Assembly: GCA_016176335.1 (NCBI GenBank)
Contig: JACOXI010000004.1
Location: forward strand, 82,303-146,302
Source of the DNA: Candidatus Daviesbacteria bacterium
Lineage (GTDB): Bacteria; Patescibacteriota; Microgenomatia; Daviesbacterales; UBA10151
Direction of reading: 5' to 3'
Length of the DNA: 64,000 bases
Shown: positions 9,057 to 18,574 of the stretch, one piece after another
Position numbering within the stretch: the first letter of the stretch is position 1
Layout of the letters: every line of letters starts with the position of its first letter
Position numbers and translations under genes: made by a program
Notes under the pieces: generated by a model
The model's database searches: none
What the model was told of the DNA's origin: nothing
The model's input: the letters and a program-made list of their open reading frames with translations, nothing else

Positions 9057-9284
9057 TCATACAGCTTTTGTTACTTTAACTTTTTCTTTTGAAACAGCCT
9101 TGCCGCCATAAGCAGAGCTTGCCACGGCTTTGCCGTGGTAAAATCCACACTCTTTACAAACTGTGTGAGGCAAAGTAGGTTTATTACAGTTGTTGCAAAC
9201 CGCGAGAGATAACGCCAGTTTAATACTTGCTCTTCTTACTCGCTTTCTTTGTTTAGAGTGTCTTCTTTTTGGTTCTCCCGCCAT
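9057..9284 (-). CDS. rpmF: 50S ribosomal protein L32
   Basis: PKRRHSKQRKRVRR, CNNC...PHTVCKECGFY. Confidence 0.95.
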   Translation of the reverse strand: MAGEPKRRHSKQRKRVRRASIKLALSLAVCNNCNKPTLPHTVCKECGFYHGKAVASSAYGGKAVSKEKVKVTKAV

Positions 9285-9292
9285 GGTTTTGA

Positions 9293-11392
9293 TTAATCTG
9301 GCATCACATTTGCTGCCAAACTTTCCAATTTTGCCCGAATGAGCGGATGTTTGTCAAGGGTAGGGTCAGTCAAGAGCAGTTTTTGGGCTGCATTTCTTGT
9401 TTCCTCAACCAGGGTTAAGTTGGAGAGAGAAGCTATTTTAAACTCAAACCTGCCTGATTGTTTGGTGCCAAACACTTCACCCCCTCCTCTAATTTTTAAA
9501 TCCAGCTCCGCCAGTTTTAGCCCGTCACTGATAGTTTCCAGATTTTTCAGCCTTCTGATAATTTGTGGTGCCTCAATATCCGTAAATAGCAGGCAATATG
9601 ATTGCTTTGATCCTCTGCCTACTCTTCCCCGCAGCTGGTGAAGTTGTGCCAGACCAAATCTTTCCGAGGATTCGACCACCATTATTGTGGCATTGGGTAC
9701 ATCCACCCCTACTTCCACCACCGAGGTGGAAACCAGAATATCTATTTTCTTCTCTCTGAAACTTCTCATCACCTCATCTTTCCGTCTGCTGCTTAATCTG
9801 CCGTGCAACAGGGCTAATTTAAATTTATGAAAGACTTTTTTTTGCAATCTTTCAAACTCCTCGGTTGCTGCCCTGACAGACTGCAAGGTTTCCGAAAGAT
9901 CAATTAAAGGGGTGATGATATAGGCCTGATCGCCTGTCTTGATTTGCTTTTCAATAAATTTATAAGCATCATCCCTTTTTCTGGCCGGTACTAAATAGGT
10001 TTTTATTTTCTGCCTGTCCTTGGGAAGCTCATCAATGATGGATAAGTCCAGATCTCCATACAGTGTGAGGGCCACGGTTCGTGGAATGGGTGTTGCGGTT
10101 AAAGTCAAAAAATGCGGTATTTTTGCCTTGCTTCTCAAAAAAGTTCTTTGCTCAACTCCAAAGCGCTGCTGCTCATCCACTATGATCAGCCCAACATCTT
10201 TGGTATTTAATTTATCAGACAGCAGAGCATGGGTGCCGATGATGACGCTAGGGTTAGAATCAAGCGGTAAGAATCTAGAATTAAGCTTTTTAGAACCTTT
10301 ATTCTTAATTCTTATAGCTTTATTCTGATGATATTTCCTGCTTCCTGTGTAAATTCCCACAGAAATTCCGAATGGTTCCAAAAGTTTGGAGATAGTTTCA
10401 AAATGCTGGAATGCCAGAATCTCGGTTGGGGCCATGAATAAAGTTCTTTGGCTGTTTTTGTAAACAAGATAGCAGATAATGGCAGCCACCACGGTTTTCC
10501 CGGAACCCACTTCACCCTGAATTAATCTGTTCATAGGTTGGTTCCTTTTTAAATCGGAAATAATTTCCCCAAGCACTCTGGTTTGGGCAGAAGTAAGAGT
10601 GAACGGTAACTCCTTTATAAAACGATTCAGGTCATTTTCAGTAATTGTAAGTGGTTTAATCAAAGGTTTCCTGCTCCACTCCAATCTCGCTTTTTTTGTT
10701 GCCAGGGCAACAAAGAACAGCTCATCAAAACCCAATCTGTCCCGGCTCTTTTCCACATCTTGATAATTTTGGGGAAAGTGGATTTTGGATAATGATTGGA
10801 AAAGCGATAACATCCCCCTTTTTATACTTTCCGGCAAAGGGTCAACAATTAAATTGGAAACTTGAGGAAAAAGTTGTGAGACTTTTGTCCTTAACCATTT
10901 GGATGTTAAGCCTTCGGTTTCCGGATAAATAGGCACCAGTCTGCCTGTATGTAGAGTCGGTAGTCGGTAGTCGGTAGTCGGTAGACTGTTTTCGACCTTC
11001 TCCCATTTAGGAACCATTATTGAAAGTTTATTTTTATATTTGGTGAGTTTTCCTGAAATTTGTAACCTGTCTCCTGTTTTAATCTGTTTGGTAAGATAGG
11101 GTTGGTTAAACCAGGTGAGAGTCAAAGGGGAAGTACCATCATTAAAAATGGCTTGAGTTAAAACTTTTCCATATCTTGTATAAATATTTGCAATTGACCA
11201 AATTTCACCTTGCAGGGTGACTACCTGACCAATTTGTGCATCTTTGATGGTGGAAGACTGGGAGAAATCATCATACCTAAAAGGAAAATGATAAATTAAA
11301 TCCTCAACAGTTTCTAAATTCAACCTTTTGAGTTTATAGGAAAGCTGGTGGCCAATTCCTGTTAAAGAGTAAAGCGGAGTCTTGAGGTTCAT
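9293..11392 (-). CDS. recG: ATP-dependent DNA helicase RecG
   Basis: FPFRYDD, QGEVGSGKT, DEQQRFGV, TATPIPRT, QLHQLRGRVGRG. Confidence 0.98.
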   Translation of the reverse strand: MNLKTPLYSLTGIGHQLSYKLKRLNLETVEDLIYHFPFRYDDFSQSSTIKDAQIGQVVTLQGEIWSIANIYTRYGKVLTQAIFNDGTSPLTLTWFNQPYLTKQIKTGDRLQISGKLTKYKNKLSIMVPKWEKVENSLPTTDYRLPTLHTGRLVPIYPETEGLTSKWLRTKVSQLFPQVSNLIVDPLPESIKRGMLSLFQSLSKIHFPQNYQDVEKSRDRLGFDELFFVALATKKARLEWSRKPLIKPLTITENDLNRFIKELPFTLTSAQTRVLGEIISDLKRNQPMNRLIQGEVGSGKTVVAAIICYLVYKNSQRTLFMAPTEILAFQHFETISKLLEPFGISVGIYTGSRKYHQNKAIRIKNKGSKKLNSRFLPLDSNPSVIIGTHALLSDKLNTKDVGLIIVDEQQRFGVEQRTFLRSKAKIPHFLTLTATPIPRTVALTLYGDLDLSIIDELPKDRQKIKTYLVPARKRDDAYKFIEKQIKTGDQAYIITPLIDLSETLQSVRAATEEFERLQKKVFHKFKLALLHGRLSSRRKDEVMRSFREKKIDILVSTSVVEVGVDVPNATIMVVESSERFGLAQLHQLRGRVGRGSKQSYCLLFTDIEAPQIIRRLKNLETISDGLKLAELDLKIRGGGEVFGTKQSGRFEFKIASLSNLTLVEETRNAAQKLLLTDPTLDKHPLIRAKLESLAANVMPD
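10254..10326. repeat. Degenerate 7-bp array with two inverted arms inside recG
   Basis: Minus strand AATAAAG CTATAAG AATTAAG AATAAAG ... CTTAATT CTAGATT ... CTTGATT; insert NKAIRIKNKGSKKLNSRFLPLDSN. Confidence 0.7.
10955..10989 (+). repeat. 7-bp array AGTCGGT x4 inside recG
   Basis: Four perfect copies at 10955-10982; insert SLPTTDYRLPTL. Confidence 0.92.
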
Positions 11393-11398
11393 GTAGGG

Positions 11399-11427
11399 AT
11401 TTTATCTTTTATTCAAGACTCTGTCCA
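11399..11427 (-). promoter_or_regulatory. Sigma70-type promoter of recG, likely leaderless
   Basis: TGGACA-17 bp-TAAAAT, 6 nt before the ATG; no Shine-Dalgarno. Confidence 0.65.
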
Positions 11428-11457
11428 ATTTTTTAGGGGTTCTAAAACAATATAATG

Positions 11458-14400
11458 TTAAGTTTTATTACCTAAACTTTGTAATGCATTGACATATCCA
11501 CTTTCTGTTACCCACTGCACCAATCTCAATCTGTATAATTCGTCCATTCTTTTTTCAAACTCCTCTTTGGACATTCTGGGTGATATTCTAGGCTCTCCAG
11601 CATACTTAGCAGCTTCTCTCATCTCCTTCCTTTCACCTCTTGCACGAACAGTCGCATAATGTTGATATAATCTTTCATTCAGTGCACTTTTCGTAGCCTC
11701 CCAAGCTTCTGTATCTCCTGGCTCAGCTAGTTTCTCAATAGATTTTCTAATATGGTGGGCAAAGTTATAAGTAGTAATCCCATCCTTAGTAAAGTTATAT
11801 ACTAAGGTATCTATTTGATCTGCAATATGTGATCTTGCTACATCATAAGCTTCTATGTATAACCTCCTTCTAACATCTTTTTCCTTATAGCCCAATACTT
11901 TAGTTAAATACTCAAGAGTATTTGGTTCTGTGGGTCGGGTAATAGTAGGGGCTTCTGCATGATAAGGTATTCTATTGCTTACCAGTGTCCTAATTACATC
12001 TCCCCCTAAGCCAAAAAAACCAAATGGGGGGATAACTGTCATGGGATTAACCCCATCTGTTTTAATTTGATCAATTTTTACCCTTTCCCTCCGGGCAAAA
12101 ATATCTCCGATTGTTGGGTAACTTGATCCTAAATAGACTTCTGTCCTAGCCTCAACTTCTTTTCGTAGCTTTCCGGCAGCTCTGTTGTTACGCCTCCTTA
12201 GTAAAATACTTGTTGCTAAGGCAGCCATATTAAGCCCGGTAATTTTTAGCAATAGAGCCATGTTAAATCCCGGTATATCCAGCATATCTTTCTCTAACCA
12301 GTTTTGTAATGAGGTAGCTTGTCTGATAAATTCCTCTCTTTCCCGAATTTGCTTCAACTGCGAAGGTGAAGTTTTTCCTGCCAATGCTTTTTGGGTATAT
12401 GAATCTTGATTAAAAGGAGTGGCATCAAGTGACAACCACTGACCTCCAATATACGCTTCAGACCAACCGTGCATTTCAGCTCCAGTTATTTTGTCTTTGC
12501 CAGAAGTAAGAAATCCTCCTGTATGTGCAGCCCCAAACACCATACGGGAAGGAATGTTTTGAGCACGGAGTAACATTACTAAAGCGCTATTGGCAACATC
12601 ACAATCAGTTCTTTTAAGTTCAGTGATTCTTCTGAAGAAATCTTTAACTCCTCTTTGTGAATGATAATCGTCTGACCATTTAGCATCAAGGGAATATAAG
12701 AAATTATTTTGTATATATTTTTCAATCACCTTAGCTTTAACTGCAGGAGAGAGGTTTTTATTATCTCTCAACTGCTGCATTAATGTTTTTAGTTCACCTG
12801 GCGGTAAATCATCTATTTCGATATATTTTTTTCTCATTTCCTGTAATTCTCTATCAGTGGGTTTAGGAATGATTGATCCTTCTATTTTGCCTAAACTATA
12901 AGAGATGGTGACGGTTTTACCTATCTCTTCCTTACTAAAATTTAGGAAATAACTCCCATCTGTTGTTTGATAAACTCCAAATCCTCCGGAAATACCTTCA
13001 ACCTTAACTCCATTAATGGTGGGAGGATAATTACCCCTGGTGGGAAGTTCAATTAATTGTCTTCCAACCCTCACTTGAGCCGAAAGAATAATATCCTTTC
13101 TATTGGTAAATACTGCCTGACTGCCTTGGACATAATTTCTATTTACCATCCACCCTTTTCTGTTGGGGTCAAAACTGGAAGATGAACTTATTCTATAGAA
13201 ACCTAATAAATCTTCTCCCTGTAAGTTCCAAAGCACTTTCTTTTGAGCTTCCATTAAAGCTTCAGGTGAGTTATTTTCAGGCTTTATAAAGTCAGAGCTG
13301 ACTGTATACCCCGGTTCTTGAGGACTGGTTCTGGTTTCTGCCGAACTTTTTGTAGATGGTACTCCTTGTTCAGATCCAGCTATTCCACCTCCACTTATTC
13401 CACCTCCTTCAATTGTTACCGTCACCCCTTCCTCTTCACCTAAATGTTTAAGACCAGCAAGTTCATCTTGTGGGATGCTTTCTAAAATATCTTCGATTGA
13501 AATGCCAGAAGCTGTATCAGGAGACATGTAACCTTTGTATATAAAAGGCATTGCTACCACAGTAGCCACTACTAGGGCAGTGATAAGCTTTCTTTTTGTA
13601 GACCAGCCCTTACCCTTTTTAGCTTCCTCTCCTCTCTCGTGTGCGCTATAGAGGTCCAAAAAGGCAGCAACCTGCTGGGTAATTAAATCGTCCGGTAAAT
13701 CAAAATTACCTTCAGTCATTTGTCGAAGGAGTGATGCGCTAACCCCTTTTTCCAAATAAGGCAGGTAAGATTTAGCTTTAACCTCTTTTGGTAACCCGGA
13801 AAGTAATTGAGCTGCCTCGGACAATTCTGCCAAAGTTGATATTTGTTCAAATGATTCATAAAAACCTGCGGGAATCACCCCTTGTTCTACCCATTGTCTC
13901 CAAATAAAATCCGGATCTTCTCCTGCCTGTAGCAATTCATTAAGACTTATTGCTACATACGAACTATGCCCTGTGGCTATATGGAGATATAAATCATCAA
14001 GATTAGAAACATTATCTGGTTGTCTTTGAAGAAAATCCTCAAAAGGGTTAAGTAATTGATGGACTGCTTCTTGAGTGGGGGTAGTGCTTTGTAATTGCCT
14101 AATTGCAGCCAGATACGCATCTCTTCTCTCAATATCTTTTCCTAATTCCTCGTTTTTTGCCAATTGATCAACTATAGCCTGTTTTATTATTCTTTGTCTG
14201 GCTTGTGTGATTGAAAGATTTGCCTCGATAGGAGAAATTGACTCGTTTGCCAATGCATTTGATGCCAAACTTTCCAGAGACCTTTTATCATCTCTTTCAG
14301 ATTTGGCAGCTGTTGTTGCAGCAAGTAATTCCTGCTGTATTAATTTACCTATGAAATCTACCTCATCTCTGAAACGATTTCCTAATGGACGAACTACTCC

Positions 14401-14718
14401 TTCGTCTAAAACTTCTTGCTTAATTCTCTTGGTAGCTTCAACAAAAAAATCTATTGGTACAGTGGCGTAATTTTCGTGTTGGTAAAACAGAGCATTTACT
14501 AATTCTTTAAGTCTAGGATTATCAGATCTTTTTACCTCCGTATCACTAAAAAAGTCTGAAGCAACCCCAATAAGCCCTATGTATGCGCCTAATCGTTCTT
14601 CCTCTGTGAAGAATCCTTGTTGAACCCTGACCTCAAATCTTCTAAATTCTTGCCAAACTTGGTTTAATGTAACTTGATGAGTTGAAGCTTCACGAGTTGG
14701 TAATACTTCAATTTCCAT
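11458..14718 (-). CDS. Large membrane-anchored transglutaminase-like (papain-fold) protein
   Basis: Cys-His-Asp motifs TDCDVAN, IPSRMVFG, MHGWSEAYIGGQWLSLDATP; hydrophobic helices on both sides of the domain. Confidence 0.85.
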   Translation of the reverse strand: MEIEVLPTREASTHQVTLNQVWQEFRRFEVRVQQGFFTEEERLGAYIGLIGVASDFFSDTEVKRSDNPRLKELVNALFYQHENYATVPIDFFVEATKRIKQEVLDEGVVRPLGNRFRDEVDFIGKLIQQELLAATTAAKSERDDKRSLESLASNALANESISPIEANLSITQARQRIIKQAIVDQLAKNEELGKDIERRDAYLAAIRQLQSTTPTQEAVHQLLNPFEDFLQRQPDNVSNLDDLYLHIATGHSSYVAISLNELLQAGEDPDFIWRQWVEQGVIPAGFYESFEQISTLAELSEAAQLLSGLPKEVKAKSYLPYLEKGVSASLLRQMTEGNFDLPDDLITQQVAAFLDLYSAHERGEEAKKGKGWSTKRKLITALVVATVVAMPFIYKGYMSPDTASGISIEDILESIPQDELAGLKHLGEEEGVTVTIEGGGISGGGIAGSEQGVPSTKSSAETRTSPQEPGYTVSSDFIKPENNSPEALMEAQKKVLWNLQGEDLLGFYRISSSSSFDPNRKGWMVNRNYVQGSQAVFTNRKDIILSAQVRVGRQLIELPTRGNYPPTINGVKVEGISGGFGVYQTTDGSYFLNFSKEEIGKTVTISYSLGKIEGSIIPKPTDRELQEMRKKYIEIDDLPPGELKTLMQQLRDNKNLSPAVKAKVIEKYIQNNFLYSLDAKWSDDYHSQRGVKDFFRRITELKRTDCDVANSALVMLLRAQNIPSRMVFGAAHTGGFLTSGKDKITGAEMHGWSEAYIGGQWLSLDATPFNQDSYTQKALAGKTSPSQLKQIREREEFIRQATSLQNWLEKDMLDIPGFNMALLLKITGLNMAALATSILLRRRNNRAAGKLRKEVEARTEVYLGSSYPTIGDIFARRERVKIDQIKTDGVNPMTVIPPFGFFGLGGDVIRTLVSNRIPYHAEAPTITRPTEPNTLEYLTKVLGYKEKDVRRRLYIEAYDVARSHIADQIDTLVYNFTKDGITTYNFAHHIRKSIEKLAEPGDTEAWEATKSALNERLYQHYATVRARGERKEMREAAKYAGEPRISPRMSKEEFEKRMDELYRLRLVQWVTESGYVNALQSLGNKT

Positions 14719-14719
14719 A

Positions 14720-15607
14720 TTATTTGATGTCTATGAAGTTACGACCATTATAACGAACAAGTCTCGGATACTCATAGGTTTGCGCCAGAATAAACGGGTC
14801 ACCATTATAAAAATTTCTTAGGATTGTAATGGATTCATACCTCCACCCGCTTCTGAATTCATATTCCTTAGGTGATACAATTACAGGGATACTAATTTTG
14901 AGCCCTCCTGAATCTGCTCTGATTTCCGACAGAATCCTAGGATCTATAATTTCATGAGCAACCATATCTTCACTGGTAGGGACATCTTGTTGAAAAGGTA
15001 ATATAAAATCAAGACCTCTTTGATAAGCACCTAAGGCTTGAGTAACATCCGAAGGATTGGTAAGTAAATGTCTTTCCAAAGAATACTGGCCAAATGCGCC
15101 TCTTTTTATAAGATGATATACGGCACGGATTTGATCTACTCGTACAGGATGTTCATTGGGTTGATGGGGATCAAGATAGACATTTTTTCTACGTATTGAC
15201 CCCAAATAAAGCAAAACTGCAGCTAGGTTATCCTGTTCTCTCATAGAACCTGCTGTTAGGGGTTCAATTTCATTGATAACATGAATAGATACTAACTCAA
15301 CCGGTCGCTCTGGAACTCCTGTTGGAATTGTCTCCTCGATAACTCTTAAAGGGCTTGGAGCGTTTCCTTGCAAAACTTCTTGAGTAACAATCCTTTTTGC
15401 CGGAGAAGGGAGAATGCCAACAGAACCTTCTCTTGTGATTGTTTCTGTAGGCGGTCTTGGAGTAAAGTTGGCCGATGCTACTGCAATAAAACGCTCTAAA
15501 ACATCAGAAAATCTCTCTCTAAATTCTGGACTAGCCACATGAGTTTTCAGCTCATTAATACGTTGTGTATATTCACCGTTTAAGATTTCATACGCAACAG
15601 ATTCCAT
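14720..15607 (-). CDS. Hypothetical protein, middle gene of the AAA+/transglutaminase operon
   Basis: 295-aa ORF with 1-bp and 3-bp gaps to its neighbours; no motif recognised. Confidence 0.7.
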   Translation of the reverse strand: MESVAYEILNGEYTQRINELKTHVASPEFRERFSDVLERFIAVASANFTPRPPTETITREGSVGILPSPAKRIVTQEVLQGNAPSPLRVIEETIPTGVPERPVELVSIHVINEIEPLTAGSMREQDNLAAVLLYLGSIRRKNVYLDPHQPNEHPVRVDQIRAVYHLIKRGAFGQYSLERHLLTNPSDVTQALGAYQRGLDFILPFQQDVPTSEDMVAHEIIDPRILSEIRADSGGLKISIPVIVSPKEYEFRSGWRYESITILRNFYNGDPFILAQTYEYPRLVRYNGRNFIDIK

Positions 15608-15610
15608 AAA

Positions 15611-18406
15611 TTAAGCAACATACAAGGCTAAATTTTTAACAGCATTTTGTTCATCCTTGGGAACTTGAAGCAACATATGATTTCCGACAAACTTCCACTC
15701 ATATCCTTGATCAGGTTGGTCTAGTGGTTCATCTATTATAGAAGCCAAGTTACTTGATGAGTGTACCCAAGTTCCTCCTCCCTGCTTTTTGACTAAAATA
15801 AGTTTCCCATCTGAAGAAAATTGGAAATCTTCTACTCCCGTTATTCCTCTAGATTGCTGAATGTTGTCAGTCCTAAAAATTAAAAGAAGATTATCTGAAG
15901 GATTCAGTTGAGCAATATAAGTACCAGTCCTATCTACAGCGGTTTCTCCTTTTTTGATTTGTCCTTCGTTAGATTCTCCGCCCTTAGTATCAAACGGTCT
16001 GATGACTCTTAAGGTATCAGAATCCTTGTCCAGTTCAGACGAAAGAACAATCACTGTTCCATCATAAGAAGCCCCTGCAATTCTCCCTATCGGAACAGGC
16101 TGACTATGAATTAGATGTACTTTTCGATCGTTTGGCACTGATATAAGTTGTAGATTTGCCCTTTCTCCCTCAGTTCTTTCCTGAATAATAAAACCAATGG
16201 GCAGTGGGTATATGTCGGTCAAACCTCGCATTCTCCCTCTCTCGTAAGCTAAGAAGTCTCGCACTAAAGATTGCTGAGTCTCATTGAGTGTAACCTCTTC
16301 AATTGTGGTTTTGTGCCCACTAACTTCTGTATCAGCATCAGCTAGACCGTTAATCGCAGTAATCATAGGTGAAGTTATTGTTCCTTCTAAGGCCTGATTA
16401 TAACGTTGCCCAAGATTTGCTGGTTCTTGAGACACTGGAGTTCCTCGCCTCTTTATTTTTATAGGTTCATCTCTTAGTACTGCAGCAAATTCGATATCCA
16501 GCATATCCTCTAGTTTTGTTCTAAGTTTCGGATCCCTAGCCCACATTTTATTTTCCAATAATAATCTCCTTACTGCTTCACTCACGGATAAATTGGTCCT
16601 TTGCATATTGCTAAAATCCACTAGATTACCTGTTAATTCTTGTATACCTCGATTTGAGATAGGCGGCCAACCAACCTTTGCAGATGATAAAAGAGCATTA
16701 ATTCTTGGTAATACATATACAAAAAAGCCAACTAATTGTTCTTGTTCATAAGGTGTAAGCTGAATGTTACCTTCGTCATCACTAAGCCTTACCCCTGCGA
16801 TCATTAGTTGATCTTTAGGAGGTGGTGTACCAACCTCCAAATGGCTAAATCTGTCGGTCAGATACTCATTAAGCTCTAAGCTGTTACTTGTAGCATCAAC
16901 TACAAACCAAGAAGGAATTTCTTCTGTAACCTCACCAATTGTGATCGTTTCTCCTGGAGACTTAGCTAGAAATGTTAAAAGACCTCCAAGAGAGTTAGGT
17001 CCAGCCTTATCAATCTCATCAAGCAATACCCTTATTTTTCTTCCAGTACCTTTGCTTTTTCTAATTGCCAAAAGTATTTCACCTCTTACAATATCTTCCA
17101 TAGTTTCCTGATGACTTGGATCAAGCGATGTTCTAAGTAATCTAGCCTCTTGCTTTGCAAAAAAAGCATTTTGAATATGCTGCCAATCTTCAGTGGAAAA
17201 GCTGCTTTTTGCGAGAAGATCGATAACTCCTTTTTGATCAAGTGACAAATATGGTAATAAAAACTGACTTAATTGTTGATCTTGGCCCAATTTTCCCGAA
17301 GACTGAAGCGCTGTATAAATTGTAGTCATAGCTCTACCAAATTCTTCAGGGGATTTTCCTTTGAAATACGAAATAACTGTATCTAGCTTTTGAGCAAGAG
17401 GCGCTCCCAGATCTGTTCTTAATGTTATAGCTTTATCTGCTAATAAATCTGCAAAACTAGTGTAATGATGGATACTAACAACATGGGTTTCATAACCTTG
17501 CTGCTCGTTTTTTTCTTGAACTAACTCTGTTTTACCAGTACCCGGAGGACCGTACAAAATTACGCCTCCTACACCATTTCTTCTTTTGCTTAGGCGATGA
17601 AGCTCTTTCAATATACCTCTATAATAGGGTGTTTCATAAATTTTTCTCTTCTTTGTTTTTCCTTCAGGAGTCTTTTTCCCTACTCTGGCTTCTTTTGCAG
17701 TAGTGGCAAGCCAACGTCTTAGTTCAAATGCCATTACTTTCGGATCTAATCTCGCTACCTCTTCTTCAGTTTTAGCTACAGTCATTAAAGACTCTATAAT
17801 ATCTTCATTCTCTTCCCAAGTTGCACCAGAAAATTCCAACCCTTGTTCTCGTTGCTTTTCCTGTAATGAGCGGAAGTGAGGAGAATGAGTTAGTAAAAAT
17901 TGTGCCATCCTAGTCATTTCAGCATTTTGGGTTTGATGTTTACCTAAACCTGTTTTCACTGCGATCCAATGAGCCAAGTTTGTTGCAACTGTTTCTTGGA
18001 ATAAAGCTCTGGTTTGCTCGTCTGGTAAATATTGACTTAATAAGGTAGTCACCCCTCCAAAGTTCTCTTGGAAGCCTGCGTATACTACAACTACATCTCT
18101 TCTGATCTCTTTATTTATATCATCTATTGCCTGTTTGTTTGCCTCATCACTCTCCAAACCCTCTAATCGATTTCTTTCATTGATATTAGCTAACAAACTT
18201 GAAGCACTTGCTTGGATTGAGCCTACGAAACCGTTTTCAACCGCACTATTAAGACCTGTTTTATATTCATATAAAGCTCTTTGAAAATCCTCGGCTTTTT
18301 GAATAGTAGCAACAGCAGGTTTCAACTCATGATTAAAAACCTGCCTAGCTTCAAATGCAGGAGTCTTATTAACAGATAGACCAACAGAAGCAACTGTTTC
18401 TGCCAT
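15611..18406 (-). CDS. Large MoxR/dynein-related-like AAA+ ATPase with a probable C-terminal beta-propeller
   Basis: Walker A GPPGTGKT, Walker B VLLDEIDK, sensor-1 ATSN, Arg finger DRF, sensor-2 SNR; start MAETV follows a promoter. Confidence 0.85.
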   Translation of the reverse strand: MAETVASVGLSVNKTPAFEARQVFNHELKPAVATIQKAEDFQRALYEYKTGLNSAVENGFVGSIQASASSLLANINERNRLEGLESDEANKQAIDDINKEIRRDVVVVYAGFQENFGGVTTLLSQYLPDEQTRALFQETVATNLAHWIAVKTGLGKHQTQNAEMTRMAQFLLTHSPHFRSLQEKQREQGLEFSGATWEENEDIIESLMTVAKTEEEVARLDPKVMAFELRRWLATTAKEARVGKKTPEGKTKKRKIYETPYYRGILKELHRLSKRRNGVGGVILYGPPGTGKTELVQEKNEQQGYETHVVSIHHYTSFADLLADKAITLRTDLGAPLAQKLDTVISYFKGKSPEEFGRAMTTIYTALQSSGKLGQDQQLSQFLLPYLSLDQKGVIDLLAKSSFSTEDWQHIQNAFFAKQEARLLRTSLDPSHQETMEDIVRGEILLAIRKSKGTGRKIRVLLDEIDKAGPNSLGGLLTFLAKSPGETITIGEVTEEIPSWFVVDATSNSLELNEYLTDRFSHLEVGTPPPKDQLMIAGVRLSDDEGNIQLTPYEQEQLVGFFVYVLPRINALLSSAKVGWPPISNRGIQELTGNLVDFSNMQRTNLSVSEAVRRLLLENKMWARDPKLRTKLEDMLDIEFAAVLRDEPIKIKRRGTPVSQEPANLGQRYNQALEGTITSPMITAINGLADADTEVSGHKTTIEEVTLNETQQSLVRDFLAYERGRMRGLTDIYPLPIGFIIQERTEGERANLQLISVPNDRKVHLIHSQPVPIGRIAGASYDGTVIVLSSELDKDSDTLRVIRPFDTKGGESNEGQIKKGETAVDRTGTYIAQLNPSDNLLLIFRTDNIQQSRGITGVEDFQFSSDGKLILVKKQGGGTWVHSSSNLASIIDEPLDQPDQGYEWKFVGNHMLLQVPKDEQNAVKNLALYVA

Positions 18407-18412
18407 AATCTC

Positions 18413-18441
18413 AGAGTACAAGATGATACAGGAAACTTCAA
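18413..18441 (-). promoter_or_regulatory. Promoter of the AAA+ operon, likely leaderless
   Basis: TTGAAG-17 bp-TACTCT, 6 nt before ATG 18406. Confidence 0.6.
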
Positions 18442-18574
18442 GTCTGTATAGATTTTCTTGTGAGTCTAAATTGATACCAGAAGAGGCAGGAGGGAAAAAA
18501 TTATGATGGCCAAGCCTGCTATAACTGAAAGTATAATCCAAACAATCTTAAACTTTTTTGAATACATCATAGAA

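Noticed and set aside
18407-18541. TTG-started N-terminal extension of the AAA+ ORF
   Set aside because: It spans a well-spaced -35/-10 promoter, so ATG 18406 is the more plausible start.
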